NCBI GenBank assembly: GCA_963716255.1
Contig: OY970303.1
Location: 7,616,001-7,680,000, forward strand
DNA length: 64,000 bases
Direction: 5' to 3'
DNA from: an uncultured Gemmatimonadales bacterium
GTDB lineage: Bacteria; Gemmatimonadota; Gemmatimonadetes; Longimicrobiales; Longimicrobiaceae
Shown here: positions 39,901-49,359 of the stretch, in pieces
Layout: the number at the start of each line of letters is the position of its first letter
Numbering within the stretch: position 1 is the first letter of the stretch
Position numbers and translations under genes: made by a program
The notes under the pieces: model-generated
Seen by the model: only the letters and a program-made list of their open reading frames with translations
Databases searched by the model: none
What the model was told of the DNA's origin: nothing

Positions 39901-42900
39901 GCGGACGGGGCGCCGGGTACGTCGCTCCCCGCACCCCCCTGGAGGAGCTGCTCGCGCGGGTCTGGGCCGGGGTCCTGGGGATGGAGCGGGTGGGGGTGGA
40001 GGAAAACTTCTTCGAGATCGGCGGCGACTCCATCCTTTCCATCCAGGTGGTGGCGCGCGCGCGGCAGGCCGGGGTGGCGATCACCCCCCGGCAGGTCTTC
40101 GAGCGGCAGACCGTCGCGGCGCTCGCGCTCGCGGCGGCGCGCGGCACGGACGCGGCGCCCGCCGCCTCCTGGCCGGCGCGGGGCGAGGTCGAGCTCGCCC
40201 CGGTCCAGCACCGGTTCTTCGAGGAGGTGGCCGGGGAGCGGCACCACTTCAACATGGCCATGCTCCTGCGGCCCCGGGAGACCCTGGAGGCCCGGGCACT
40301 GGAGCGGGCGCTCGCCGCCGTGCTGGACCACCACGACGCGCTGCGGATGCGCTTCGAGGAGCGGGACGGCACCTGGACGCAGCGATACGCCGGGCCGGAC
40401 GGCCGCTCGCCGCTCGCGCGCCTGGACCTGTCGCGCCTGCGCGAGGCGGACCGGCGCGGGGCCGCGGGGCGCGCGGCGGCGGCGCTGCAGGCGAGCCTCC
40501 ACCTCGCCCGGGGGCCTCTGCTGCGCGCGGCGCTCTTCGAGCGCGGCGGGGGGGAGCAGCGGCTCCTCCTCCTGGCGCACCACCTGGTGACGGACGGCGT
40601 CTCCTGGCGCATCCTCCTGGAGGACGTGCAGGCCGCCTGCGAGCAGGCGGCGCGCGGGGCGACGGTGGCGCTCCCGGCGAAGACGACCTCGTACCAGCGC
40701 TGGACCGCGAAGCTGGTGGAGCACGCGCGGCGCGGCGGCTTCGACGCCGAGCTCCCGTACTGGGAAGGCCGGGGGCGGGAGCCGGTGGCGCCGCTCCCGG
40801 TGGACCTCCCGGACGGGCGCAACACCCGGAGCTCCGTCCGCCACGTCGCGGTCTCGCTGGACGAGGCGGACACGCGCGCGCTCCTGTTCGAGGCGCCGCG
40901 GGCGTACGGCACGCAGATCAACGACCTCCTCCTCGCCGCGCTGGTCCGCGCCTTCGCCCGCTGGACGGGGGAGCCGCGGCTCCGCGTGGAGCTGGAAGGC
41001 CACGGGCGCGAGGAGGTCTTCCCCGGCGTGGACCTTTCCCGCACCGTCGGGTGGCTCACCGCCGTCCACCCGCTCCTCCTCGACCTGACCGGCGCCGCGG
41101 ACGGGGAGGAAGCGCTCCTCCGGGTGAGGGAGCAGCTGACGCGCCTCCCCGGACGGGGGATCGGCTACGGGGCCCTCCGCTACCTCGCGCCGCCCGGGGT
41201 CCGCGCGGCGCTGGCGGCGCTCCCCGCGCCGCAGGTGAGCTTCAACTACCTGGGCCGCTTCGACCGCGCGGTCTCGGACGACGCCTTCTTCGCCGGGGTC
41301 GCGGAGCCGGTGGGCCCCACGGCCGGGGGGGACGGCGAGCGCCGGCACCTCTTCGAGGTGGACGGCGTCGTGGAGGGGGGGCGGCTCCGGGTGACGTGGA
41401 GCTACGGCGAGGCGCTCCACCGGCGGGAGACCGTGGAGTCGCTCGCCGCGGGCTTCCTGGACGAGCTCCGGGCGCTGGCCGCCCACTGCGCCGCCGCGGG
41501 GGAGCCGCGGGCGGCGCCCGCGGACCCGGCGCCCGGGGCAGGGGAGGGCACCGCCGCCGGGCTTTCCGCGGACGAGCTGGAGATCCTCGCGCTCCTGATG
41601 GCCGAGGCGGGGGTCGAGGCCTCCGCGCCGGAAACGATCCGGCCGCGCCGCCCCGGGGAGCGGGTCCCGCTCACCTTCGCCCAGAAGCGCCTCTGGTTCC
41701 TGGAGCAGCTCGAGCCGGAGAACCGCATCTACAACGACGTGGACACGCTGCGCCTCACCGGCGAGCTGGACGCCGCCGCGATGGGGAGGGCGTTCGAGGA
41801 GGTGGTGCGCCGGCACGAGGCGCTCCGCACCGTGTTCGTCGAGGAGGACGGGGAGCCGGCGCAGGTGGTGCGGGACGAGTTCCCCGCGGCGCTGGACTAC
41901 CTCGACCTGTCCCACCTTCCCGAGACCGGCCGGATGGCCGAGGTCCGCAGGGTCGCGGACGAGACGACGCGCGCGTCCTTCGACCTGGCGCGGGGGCCGC
42001 TGATCCGTCCCCTCCTGCTCCGGCTGGGGGAAAGGGACCATGCCCTCCTCGTCCCGGTGCACCACATCGTCACCGACGGGTGGTCGCAGGGGATCGTGTT
42101 CCGCGAGCTCTTCACCCTGTACGACGCCTTCCGGCAGGGAAGGCCGTCTCCGCTCACGCCGCCCGGGCTCCAGTACGGGGACTTCGCGGTCTGGCAGCAG
42201 CGGTACCTCGCCGCCGGCGCGCTGGAGCGGCAGGCGGCGTACTGGAAGGAGCGGCTGCGGGGGGTGCCCGCCCTCCTGGAGCTTCCCACCGACCGCGCGC
42301 GACCGGCGGAGCAGAGCTACCGCGGCCGTGCATACGAGTTCATGGTCTCGCGGGAGGTCTCGGCGCAGCTCCAGACGCTGGCGCAGGAGCGGGGGGCCAC
42401 CCTCTTCATGGTGCTCCTGGCCGCCTTCAGCGCGCTCCTGGCGCGCTACACGGGGGAGGAGGACGTGGTGGTGGGCTCGCCCATCGCCAACCGGACCCGC
42501 CCCGAGCTGGAGTCGCTGGTCGGGCTCTTCGCCAACACCCTCGCCTTCCGCACGGACACCTCCGGCGATCCCACCTTCCGCGAGCTCCTGGAGCGGGTAC
42601 GGGACGAGGTCTTCGAGGACTACGCCCACCAGGACCTCCCCTTCGAGCGCCTGGTGGAGGAGCTGCGCGTGGAGCGGAGCCTCAGCTACAACCCCGTCTA
42701 CCAGGTGCTGCTCACCCTGCAGAACACCCCGCGCGGGAGGCTGTCGCTGGGGGGACTGGAGATGTACCCGCTGGAAACCACGCACGACACCTCCAAGCTC
42801 GACCTTTCCCTGACGGCGATCCCGCTGGGGGAGGGCCTCTACGCCGGGTGGGAGTACAGCACCGAGCTCTTCGACCGGGCCAGCGTCGCCCGGCTCACCG

Positions 42901-44939
42901 ACCGCTTCGTCACCCTCCTGCGCGGGATCTCCGAGCACCCGGACCGGCGGCTCTCGGAGCTTCCGCTGGTCACCCCGGAGGAGCGGGTCCGGGTCCTGTA
43001 CGGCTGGAACGGGTCCGGGCGGGTGGAGCCGGACGGAGCCCCGGTGCACGAGCGGTTCGGCGCGCAGGCGGAGCGCACCCCGCACGCCGTCGCGCTCGTC
43101 TGCGGAGGGCGGACGATGACCTACGCCGAGCTGCGACACCGCAGCGATGCCCTGGCGAGGTACCTGCGCGCCCGCGGCGTGGGACCGGAGGTCCGGGTGG
43201 GGGTGTGCGTGGAGCGGAGCCCGGAAACGGTCGTGGCGCTCCTGGGCATCCTCGGGGCAGGGGGGGCCTACGTCCCTTTCGACACCGCCCACCCGCGCGA
43301 CCGCCTGGGGTACCTGGTGGAGGATTCCGGGATCGCCCTCCTCCTCACCCAGGAGCGCCTGTTCGCCGGCCTCCCGGGGTCGGCCACCGCGGACGTGGTG
43401 TTCCTCGACGCCGACTGGGCGCGGATCGAGGCGGAGCCCGCGGACGTGCCCGGAGTGGCGGTCCTCCCCGGGAACGCGGCGTACGTGATCTACACCTCGG
43501 GCTCGACCGGGAAGCCCAAGGGGGTGGTGGTCCCCCACTCCGCACTCTCCGGGTACACCGCCGTGGCGCGCGATGCGTACGGGATCGGTCCGCACGACCG
43601 GGTGCTCCAGTTCGCCTCCGTGGCGTTCGACGCGAGCGCCGAGGAGATCTGGCCCGCCCTGGCCTCGGGGGCCCGGCTGGTCCTTCGCACGGACGAGATG
43701 CTCGACTCGGCGGCGGCCTTCCTGGACGCCTGCCGGGAGTGGGGGATCACCGTCCTCGACCTCCCCACAGCCTACTGGCACGAGCTGGTCGCGGAGCTGT
43801 CCGAGTGCGCGCCCGGGGACCGGCCGCCGCTCCCGGAGTCGCTGCGCCTGGCGATCATCGGCGGGGAGCGGGCGCTCCCGGAGCGGCTGCGCGCCTGGCG
43901 CGACTGCTCCGGCGAGAGGATCCGCCTGGTCAACACCTACGGTCCCACGGAGGCGACCGTGGTCGCGACGCTCTGCGACGTTTCCTCCACGGCGGGGGAG
44001 GACGAGGCTTCGCCGCGCCACGTGCCGATCGGCCGGCCGCTCCCGGGCGTCCGTGCCTACGTGCTGGACCCGCGGGGCGAGCCCACGGGAATCGGGATCC
44101 CCGGGGAGCTGTACATCGGAGGAAGCGGGGTGGCGAGAGGGTACCTGGACCGCCCGGGCCTGACGGCGGAGCGTTTCCTCCCGGAGCCCTTCGGGGCGGA
44201 GCCGGGCGCGCGGGCCTACCGTACGGGGGATCGGGTCCGCTGGCTCCCGGACGGGACGCTGGAGTTCATGGGGCGGGTGGACCACCAGGTGAAGATCCGG
44301 GGCTTCCGGGTGGAGCTGGGGGAGGTCGAGGCTGCGCTGAACCGGTGCCCGGGGGTGGAGGAGGCGGTGGTCGTCACCCGGGAGGAGGCTCGCGGAGAGA
44401 CGCGCCTGGTCGCCTACGTGGTCCCCGCAGCGGCCGGCGAGGTGGCGGCGGCGGAGCTGCGGAGCGCGCTCCGGGAGGAGCTCCCGGGGTACATGCTTCC
44501 CGCCGCCTTCGTCCCCATGGAGGCGCTCCCCCTGACCCGGAACGGAAAGGTGGATCGCCGCGCCCTGCCCGCTCCCGAAGCGCGGCGCAGCGAAGGCGGT
44601 CCCCGGGGCGCGCTCCCCCGCAACGACGTGGAGGGGACCATCGCGGCGGCGTGGCGGGACGTGCTGGGGGTGGAGGAGGTGGGGCTGGACGACAACTTCT
44701 TCGACCTGGGCGGTCACTCGCTCCTCCTGGTGCGGCTGCGCAGCCGGCTCGCGGGGCGGTTTTCCAGGGAAGCATCGGTGGTGGTCCTGTTCCGCTACCC
44801 GACGGTCCGCTCGCTGGCGGGATACCTCGCGCAGGGCGGGCCCGAGACCGCGACCCCCGAGTGGAGCGCGGCCGAAGTGGAGAGCCGCCGCCAGGCCATG
44901 CGCAGGCGGCGGGACCTGCGAAAGCTCCCGGAGGGGTGA
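36924..44939 (+). CDS. NRPS3 (~2671 aa): C-A10-T-E / C-A11-T, no TE; A11 predicted Lys
   Basis: ATGA overlap with the NRPS2 stop; codes A10 DIFHFGLVVK and A11 DAEDIGTVVK; ends with T (GGHSLLLVRL) and an Arg-rich tail. Confidence 0.95.
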   Translation: MNDATASLDPAAERRRLLAEILRKRAREVRTFPLSFAQQRLWFLDRMDPGSSAYTVPVPLHLRGALRPDLLERALTEVVRRHGSLRTTFTTLGTEPVQVVAPPPAALALPLADLASLPAAERGREAGRIAAEEAGRPFDLEAGPLFRARLLRLGAEEHVLVLVMHHVVTDGWSLGVLFRELSALYAASLAGAPPPLPPLPLQYTDFAAWQRGEGSVDAGGDREFWRAALRGAPPLLELPADRPRPPVPTHRGASLPLALDAADAARLREIGRAEGATLFMTLLAAFQLLLSRYAGEEDVVVGTPVAGRTRPELEGLIGLFVNTLAVRTDLAGDPTFRELLGRVRENLLGAYSHQDLPFDRLVEELAPGRSLSHTPVFQVMFAVQGGGSGGMGLDLPGVEAALVETGARTARFDLEVELRDEPGGVRGTLEYAVDLFGRGTAERMAAHFETLLRGIAASPDARVSEIPLLAPEERARVLEEWNATSRPYPAGLALHELFALQAARTPSATAVDAGSESLGYAELDRRSNQLAHWLVRRGVGGEKRVGLCLEPSPLVMVAVLGVLKAGAAYVPLDPSHPRDRLALILGDAAVPLLLTQAHLAAGLPEHAAEAVALDAAWGRIAREPHDAPGVPVAPERLAYVIYTSGSTGRPKGVCVEHRNVANTLLAALDVFGFGPGDRVPALASYAFDIWLFEAVAPLLGGAAVRLLPRERVVNMEALAEELESATVLHAVPVLMRQLAHHLGVHRRRPLPGVRLAFVGGDAVPPDLVEEMRGVFPAAEVRVLYGPTESAVVCASHPVPGRPEREMIGSPLPNARLYVRERGGAPAPTGVPGELLVGGAGVARGYLGRPEPTAERFVPDPYGGESGARLYRTGDRARWLPDGTLEFLGRLDHQVKVRGYRVEPGEVEAALERLPEVREAVVVARADAPGDRRLVAYLVAADGGRVPSPSELREHLKRSLPEQMVPSAFVALEALPLTPTGKVDRRALPAPERSGRGAGYVAPRTPLEELLARVWAGVLGMERVGVEENFFEIGGDSILSIQVVARARQAGVAITPRQVFERQTVAALALAAARGTDAAPAASWPARGEVELAPVQHRFFEEVAGERHHFNMAMLLRPRETLEARALERALAAVLDHHDALRMRFEERDGTWTQRYAGPDGRSPLARLDLSRLREADRRGAAGRAAAALQASLHLARGPLLRAALFERGGGEQRLLLLAHHLVTDGVSWRILLEDVQAACEQAARGATVALPAKTTSYQRWTAKLVEHARRGGFDAELPYWEGRGREPVAPLPVDLPDGRNTRSSVRHVAVSLDEADTRALLFEAPRAYGTQINDLLLAALVRAFARWTGEPRLRVELEGHGREEVFPGVDLSRTVGWLTAVHPLLLDLTGAADGEEALLRVREQLTRLPGRGIGYGALRYLAPPGVRAALAALPAPQVSFNYLGRFDRAVSDDAFFAGVAEPVGPTAGGDGERRHLFEVDGVVEGGRLRVTWSYGEALHRRETVESLAAGFLDELRALAAHCAAAGEPRAAPADPAPGAGEGTAAGLSADELEILALLMAEAGVEASAPETIRPRRPGERVPLTFAQKRLWFLEQLEPENRIYNDVDTLRLTGELDAAAMGRAFEEVVRRHEALRTVFVEEDGEPAQVVRDEFPAALDYLDLSHLPETGRMAEVRRVADETTRASFDLARGPLIRPLLLRLGERDHALLVPVHHIVTDGWSQGIVFRELFTLYDAFRQGRPSPLTPPGLQYGDFAVWQQRYLAAGALERQAAYWKERLRGVPALLELPTDRARPAEQSYRGRAYEFMVSREVSAQLQTLAQERGATLFMVLLAAFSALLARYTGEEDVVVGSPIANRTRPELESLVGLFANTLAFRTDTSGDPTFRELLERVRDEVFEDYAHQDLPFERLVEELRVERSLSYNPVYQVLLTLQNTPRGRLSLGGLEMYPLETTHDTSKLDLSLTAIPLGEGLYAGWEYSTELFDRASVARLTDRFVTLLRGISEHPDRRLSELPLVTPEERVRVLYGWNGSGRVEPDGAPVHERFGAQAERTPHAVALVCGGRTMTYAELRHRSDALARYLRARGVGPEVRVGVCVERSPETVVALLGILGAGGAYVPFDTAHPRDRLGYLVEDSGIALLLTQERLFAGLPGSATADVVFLDADWARIEAEPADVPGVAVLPGNAAYVIYTSGSTGKPKGVVVPHSALSGYTAVARDAYGIGPHDRVLQFASVAFDASAEEIWPALASGARLVLRTDEMLDSAAAFLDACREWGITVLDLPTAYWHELVAELSECAPGDRPPLPESLRLAIIGGERALPERLRAWRDCSGERIRLVNTYGPTEATVVATLCDVSSTAGEDEASPRHVPIGRPLPGVRAYVLDPRGEPTGIGIPGELYIGGSGVARGYLDRPGLTAERFLPEPFGAEPGARAYRTGDRVRWLPDGTLEFMGRVDHQVKIRGFRVELGEVEAALNRCPGVEEAVVVTREEARGETRLVAYVVPAAAGEVAAAELRSALREELPGYMLPAAFVPMEALPLTRNGKVDRRALPAPEARRSEGGPRGALPRNDVEGTIAAAWRDVLGVEEVGLDDNFFDLGGHSLLLVRLRSRLAGRFSREASVVVLFRYPTVRSLAGYLAQGGPETATPEWSAAEVESRRQAMRRRRDLRKLPEG

Positions 44940-45096
44940 CGCGGGCGCGTCGCCGTCGGTTCAGGAGACGAACAGCTCCATCCGCGGGAATCGTGGTCAG
45001 GCGGCGGCACGGGTCTGGCACCGCCGGAGCAGTGGAATCACCCGAGCGAGCCTGTTCCAGGCGGGTCCCGGGACGCACCCGAAAGCTGGAGGGCGC

Positions 45097-45942
45097 ATGA
45101 GCCGAGCCGGAGGGGACGATGGCGGGAGGCGCGAGTTCCGGGTGGGGCTTGCGCGGGCATTCGGGGGAGCGATCCTCTTTTCGCTCCCGCTGATGATGAC
45201 CATGGAGATGTGGCAGCTCGGGTTCTACATGGACCGGACCCGGCTCGTCCTCTTCATGCTCCTGATGGTCCCCATGCTGATCGGGCTGGACCACTACTCC
45301 GGCTTCCGCCGGACCTCCTCCTGGCGCGAGGACGCGGTGGACGGGGTCGTGGCGTACGGCGTGGGGTTCTGCGCCTCGGCGGCGGTGCTCGCGCTGCTGG
45401 CGGTCATCGACACGTCGATGCCGCCGGGCGAGGTCGCGGGGATGGTCGCGCTGCAGGCCATTCCGGCGAGCTTCGGGGCGATACTCGCCAGCAGCCAGCT
45501 CGGGAGCGGCGGGGAGGAAGAACGGAGGGAGCTGGAGCGGAAGCGGCGCGCCGGCTACGGCGCCGAGGTCTTCTTCATGGCGGCGGGGGCCACCTTCCTC
45601 GCATTCAACGTCGCGCCGACGGAGGAGATGATCCTGATCGCCTTCCGCATGACGCCGTGGAGCGCCCTGGCGCTGATGGGCGCCTCGCTCCTGCTGATGC
45701 ACGCCTTCGTCTACGCCGTGGAGTTCCGCGGCACCCGAGCGCCGGCCCACGGCACCCCACCGTGGAGCGTGTTCCTTCGCTTCACGACCGTGGGGTACGC
45801 GGTGGCCCTGCTGGTCAGCGCCTACGTGCTCTGGACCTTCGGGCGGTACGACGAGGGCGCGTACTCGATGTACCTGATGGAGGCGGTTGTGCTCGGCTTC
45901 CCGGCGAGCCTGGGTGCGGCCGCCGCCCGGCTGATCCTGTGA
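45097..45942 (+). CDS. TIGR02587/DUF2391-like integral membrane protein
   Basis: LARAFGGAILFSLPLMMTMEMW, FLAFNVAPTEEM and LGFPASLGAAAARLIL motifs; multiple TM segments; GGAGGG RBS upstream. Confidence 0.8.
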   Translation: MSRAGGDDGGRREFRVGLARAFGGAILFSLPLMMTMEMWQLGFYMDRTRLVLFMLLMVPMLIGLDHYSGFRRTSSWREDAVDGVVAYGVGFCASAAVLALLAVIDTSMPPGEVAGMVALQAIPASFGAILASSQLGSGGEEERRELERKRRAGYGAEVFFMAAGATFLAFNVAPTEEMILIAFRMTPWSALALMGASLLLMHAFVYAVEFRGTRAPAHGTPPWSVFLRFTTVGYAVALLVSAYVLWTFGRYDEGAYSMYLMEAVVLGFPASLGAAAARLIL

Positions 45943-46340
45943 GCGCGCGCGAGCAGGGGTGGGCGGGTGCCGCCTCGCCGCTGGAATGGGTGGTGGCCGC
46001 GGCGAGCGCCCTGCTGGTGCTGGGCGCGGCCGGCTTCCTCCTCTGGCAGGGGTCCCGGGCGCCCGCCTCGCCGCCGAGGATCACGGTGCAGGTGGACTCG
46101 GTCGTCCGCGCGAGCTCGGGTTGGCTGGTGGAGTTCAGCGCGCGGAACGACGGAACGACGACCGCGGCCAAGCTGGTCGTGGAAGGGGAACTGCGCGGCG
46201 GCGACGGAGAAGCCGAAACGAGCGAGGCGACCCTGGACTACGTCCCCGCCCGGGGGAGCGAGCGCGGCGGGCTCTACTTCACCCGCGATCCCCGGCGCGG
46301 CCGCCTCACGCTGCGTCCCCTGGGATACGAACGTCCGTGA
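45939..46340 (+). CDS. TIGR02588-like small membrane-anchored protein
   Basis: GTG start overlapping the upstream stop (GTGA); SPLEW-TM helix, ARNDGTTTAAKLVVEGEL, LDYVP...GGLYFTRDP; usual partner of TIGR02587. Confidence 0.75.
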   Translation: MSAREQGWAGAASPLEWVVAAASALLVLGAAGFLLWQGSRAPASPPRITVQVDSVVRASSGWLVEFSARNDGTTTAAKLVVEGELRGGDGEAETSEATLDYVPARGSERGGLYFTRDPRRGRLTLRPLGYERP

Positions 46341-46610
46341 CCGGCGGCACCCGGTAGCCGTGGCGCCTGCCCCTGTCGCTGAAGCCGTCTACGCCAGCCA
46401 GGGTCTCCTTCAATCCCTGATCCGCGTGACGGCGCTCGGGTACGACCTGTCTCCGGCCTGAAGAGCCAGGAGGAGGCGTTCCGCCACCAGGAGACCCGGG
46501 ACCTCGTGCCGCCACCCATGTTCTGAGCCCTCCGAGAACCCGGGGCGGTCCGGCCGACGGCTTCCTCGCGGGCTCGTGCGATCCTCATCGCACATCCCCC
46601 GGGGTGCTGC

Positions 46611-47687
46611 TCATCGCCCCCCATCCAGCTCGTCCAGCGCGAGTCCCAGCCGGACCAGGCCTTCGGCGAAGATCGCCGGGTCCACGCCGAGTCCGATGCG
46701 GACGTGGGCGGGCAGCTCGAAGAAGCGGCCGGGAACGACGGCGGTGTCGTACCTGTCGCGCAGCAGCGACCACAGGTCGTCCGCGCGGCCGGAGCGGAGG
46801 CGCGGGAAGGCCACGGTGCCGGCGCGGTGCTCCGTCCGGTCGAGGTCGCCGCGCGAGCCGAGAAAGGCGTTCAGCGCGGCGCCGTTCGTCTCCAGCAGCG
46901 CGCGCGAGCGGGCGGCGATCCGGTCGAGGCTGCGGATTGCGGCGATGCCCAGCCGCTCGGCGGCGTGCGCGTTGATGTTGCCGAACAGCGAGTTGAGCCG
47001 CCACAGGCGACCCGTGACCGCCGGCTCGGCGAACACCCACCCGCAGCGCAGGCCGCCCAGGCCGTAGACCTTGGTCAGGCTGCTGGTAACGACGAACTCC
47101 GGGCCCAGGTGGAAGGCGGTGCCTGGAGCGGCCTCGAACCGCGCGTCGAGGTAGACCTCGTCCACCAGCACGCGCGCGCCGACGCCGCGCGCGATCCTGC
47201 CGATGCGGCGCAGCGTGTCGTCGTCCGTGAGCGCGCTCGACGGGTTGTGCAGGTTGGTGAGGACGACCAGGCGCGTGCGCGGGGTGATGCGCCGCGCGAC
47301 CTCGTCCGGATCGACACGGAAGCCGTCCTCGGCGCGGCGGGAAAACCGCACGACGCGCGCGCCCAGGTACTCTGCGACGGCCAGCAGCGGCTCGTACGTC
47401 GGGTGCTCGACCAGCACCTCGGCGCCCCGCTCCAGCAGCGCGGCCATCGCCAGGTGGTTGGCCATCGACGTCCCGGCCGCCGGGAAGACGGACTCCGCCG
47501 GGACGCCGTACCGCCCGCCGACCGCTTCCAGCAGCGGTGGATAGACGTCCGGCCCGTTCAGCTCCAGCTCGTCCGGCGCGACCGGCAGGTCGGCGAGCGG
47601 GAAGTGGGGCGCTCCGCTCGACATCAGGTTGAAGCGCGCCCCGCCCTGCGCCTTCACCCACCCGAGGTATTCCGATCCGCCGTTCAT
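46611..47687 (-). CDS. PLP-dependent aminotransferase, class I/II
   Basis: TNLHNPSS, LVDEVY, SSLTKVYGLGGLRCGW (PLP lysine), HVRIG; start MNGGSEY overlaps the permease stop (ATGA). Confidence 0.9.
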   Translation of the reverse strand: MNGGSEYLGWVKAQGGARFNLMSSGAPHFPLADLPVAPDELELNGPDVYPPLLEAVGGRYGVPAESVFPAAGTSMANHLAMAALLERGAEVLVEHPTYEPLLAVAEYLGARVVRFSRRAEDGFRVDPDEVARRITPRTRLVVLTNLHNPSSALTDDDTLRRIGRIARGVGARVLVDEVYLDARFEAAPGTAFHLGPEFVVTSSLTKVYGLGGLRCGWVFAEPAVTGRLWRLNSLFGNINAHAAERLGIAAIRSLDRIAARSRALLETNGAALNAFLGSRGDLDRTEHRAGTVAFPRLRSGRADDLWSLLRDRYDTAVVPGRFFELPAHVRIGLGVDPAIFAEGLVRLGLALDELDGGR

Positions 47688-49048
47688 CCCCGCCTCCGCC
47701 ACAGGAGGTAGACGGGAACCCCGGCCAGCATGATGGCGATCCCCACGGCGCTGTCCCCCGGCGCGCGGTACAGGGTGGCGATCACGATCACGGCGCACGC
47801 GGCGGCGAAGAACGCGGTGGTCCACGGGTGGCCGGGGACGCGCGCGCCGCCGTCGTCCACCCCTCCGGCGAGGCGCCGCCGGAAGACGAAGAGCGTCCCC
47901 GCCGTCAGCCCGAAGAAGATGAAGTCGACGGAAACGACGTAGCCCAGGATCTGCTCGTACGTGCCGGAAAGGGCGATGGCGAGCGCCAGCACGCCCTGCA
48001 GCACGATGGCGACCACCGGCGCGCGCGTGCGCGGATCGATCCACGCCACGCGGCGGAAGAAGAGCCCGTCCGCCGCCATGGCGAAGTAGACGCGCGGCGC
48101 CGTGAGCATCCCCTGGCTCAGGAAGCCGAGGGTGGAGATGGCGATCCCCGCGGCGATCAGCGCCGCGCCGCGCTCGCCGAACGCCAGCCGCATCACGCTG
48201 GAAGCGGGCGCCGGGCTCGCCGCCAGCCCCGCCGCGCCGAGCGCGAGGAGGCACGCGACGTTGACGGCCACGTACAGCACGATCACGCCGCCGACGCCGA
48301 CCAGCAGTCCGCGCGGGAGGTCGCGCCGCGGATCGCGCATCTCGGCCGCGACGAACGACGCCGTCTGCCAGCCGCCGTAGGCGAACATCACCGGGGTCAG
48401 CGCCGCGAAGAAGGCGAGGAGCGCCGCGCCGCCCGGCGGCGCCGGCGCGGGCCGGGCGGCGGCGGCCGGCGGGGCGTCGACGAAGAAGAGCCCGGCGGTG
48501 ACGAGCGCGGCGATCGCCAGGATCTTCAGCACCATCAGCCCGCTCTGCACGCTGCTTCCGGCGCGCACGCCCAGGCAGTTGACCAGCACCAGCAGCGCGA
48601 GCGCCGCCGCCGCGACGACCGGCTCGGAGAACGGGAGATGCGCGACCTCGCGCAGGTAGCGCGCGCAGGTGACGGCGACGGCCGCCATCCCGCCCGTCTG
48701 GATCACCAGCAGGAGCGACCAGCCGTAGACGAAGGCGACCGCGGGATGATAGGCGTCGCGCAGGTAGGCGTACTGGCCCCCCACCTGCGGCCGCCGCGCT
48801 GCGAGCTCGGCGTAGACGAACGCGCCCGCCAGCGCCACGGCGCCGCCCGCCAGCCACGCGCCCACGATCAGCAGCGGCGAGGTCACCTGCCGGGCGACCA
48901 CGTGCGGGTTGACGAAGATCCCCGAGCCGATGATCCCGCCCATCACGATCATCGTCGCGTCGAAGCGCCCGAGCCGGCGCGCCAGCCCCGGCGCGCCGTC
49001 CGGAGCCGTTCCAGCCGCCGCGGGCACCGCCTGTCCGGTCGTGCTCAA
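47684..49048 (-). CDS. APC-family amino acid permease
   Basis: LARRLG...GGIIGSGIF, YAELA...GGQYAYL, FAYGGW, EMRDPRRDLPR, PRVYFAMAADGLFF; probable TTG start at 49048 with GGAG upstream. Confidence 0.9.
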   Translation of the reverse strand: MSTTGQAVPAAAGTAPDGAPGLARRLGRFDATMIVMGGIIGSGIFVNPHVVARQVTSPLLIVGAWLAGGAVALAGAFVYAELAARRPQVGGQYAYLRDAYHPAVAFVYGWSLLLVIQTGGMAAVAVTCARYLREVAHLPFSEPVVAAAALALLVLVNCLGVRAGSSVQSGLMVLKILAIAALVTAGLFFVDAPPAAAARPAPAPPGGAALLAFFAALTPVMFAYGGWQTASFVAAEMRDPRRDLPRGLLVGVGGVIVLYVAVNVACLLALGAAGLAASPAPASSVMRLAFGERGAALIAAGIAISTLGFLSQGMLTAPRVYFAMAADGLFFRRVAWIDPRTRAPVVAIVLQGVLALAIALSGTYEQILGYVVSVDFIFFGLTAGTLFVFRRRLAGGVDDGGARVPGHPWTTAFFAAACAVIVIATLYRAPGDSAVGIAIMLAGVPVYLLWRRRG

Positions 49049-49129
49049 TCGCGGTCTCCGGCGAGGATGGGTGAGGAGGAGGGTCGGCGGATTCGAGGGT
49101 TCGGACCCGGTGAGGTTGTCAGGCTGCCA

Positions 49130-49171
49130 GCGAAAGCCCCGGCGCCGCACCGCGGGCACCGGGGCTTTCGC
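49130..49171. other. Strong intergenic hairpin (terminator- or REP-like)
   Basis: GCGAAAGCCCCGG ... CCGGGGCTTTCGC perfect 13-bp inverted repeat between the TauD and permease genes. Confidence 0.6.
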
Positions 49172-49359
49172 GTGCCGGATCCCGCGGCCCGGTGGGATCC
49201 TGCGTGAGGGATTTCGGCCCGTTTGAAGGGGCGCGAGTATCGCCGCGGGCAGTTTCGCGGGGCTCGACTCCGTTAGCCCGCGTTGTTTGCGGGCTTACGG
49301 AGCCGAAGCCCGACCCCGGCGCCCGCCGGGGGCACGCCCGAACCCCGCGGTTCCAGGCC

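Noticed and set aside
45097..46340. TIGR02587/TIGR02588 pair as cluster export or immunity genes
   Set aside because: A widespread pair of unknown function with no evidence of a biosynthetic link; probably passengers
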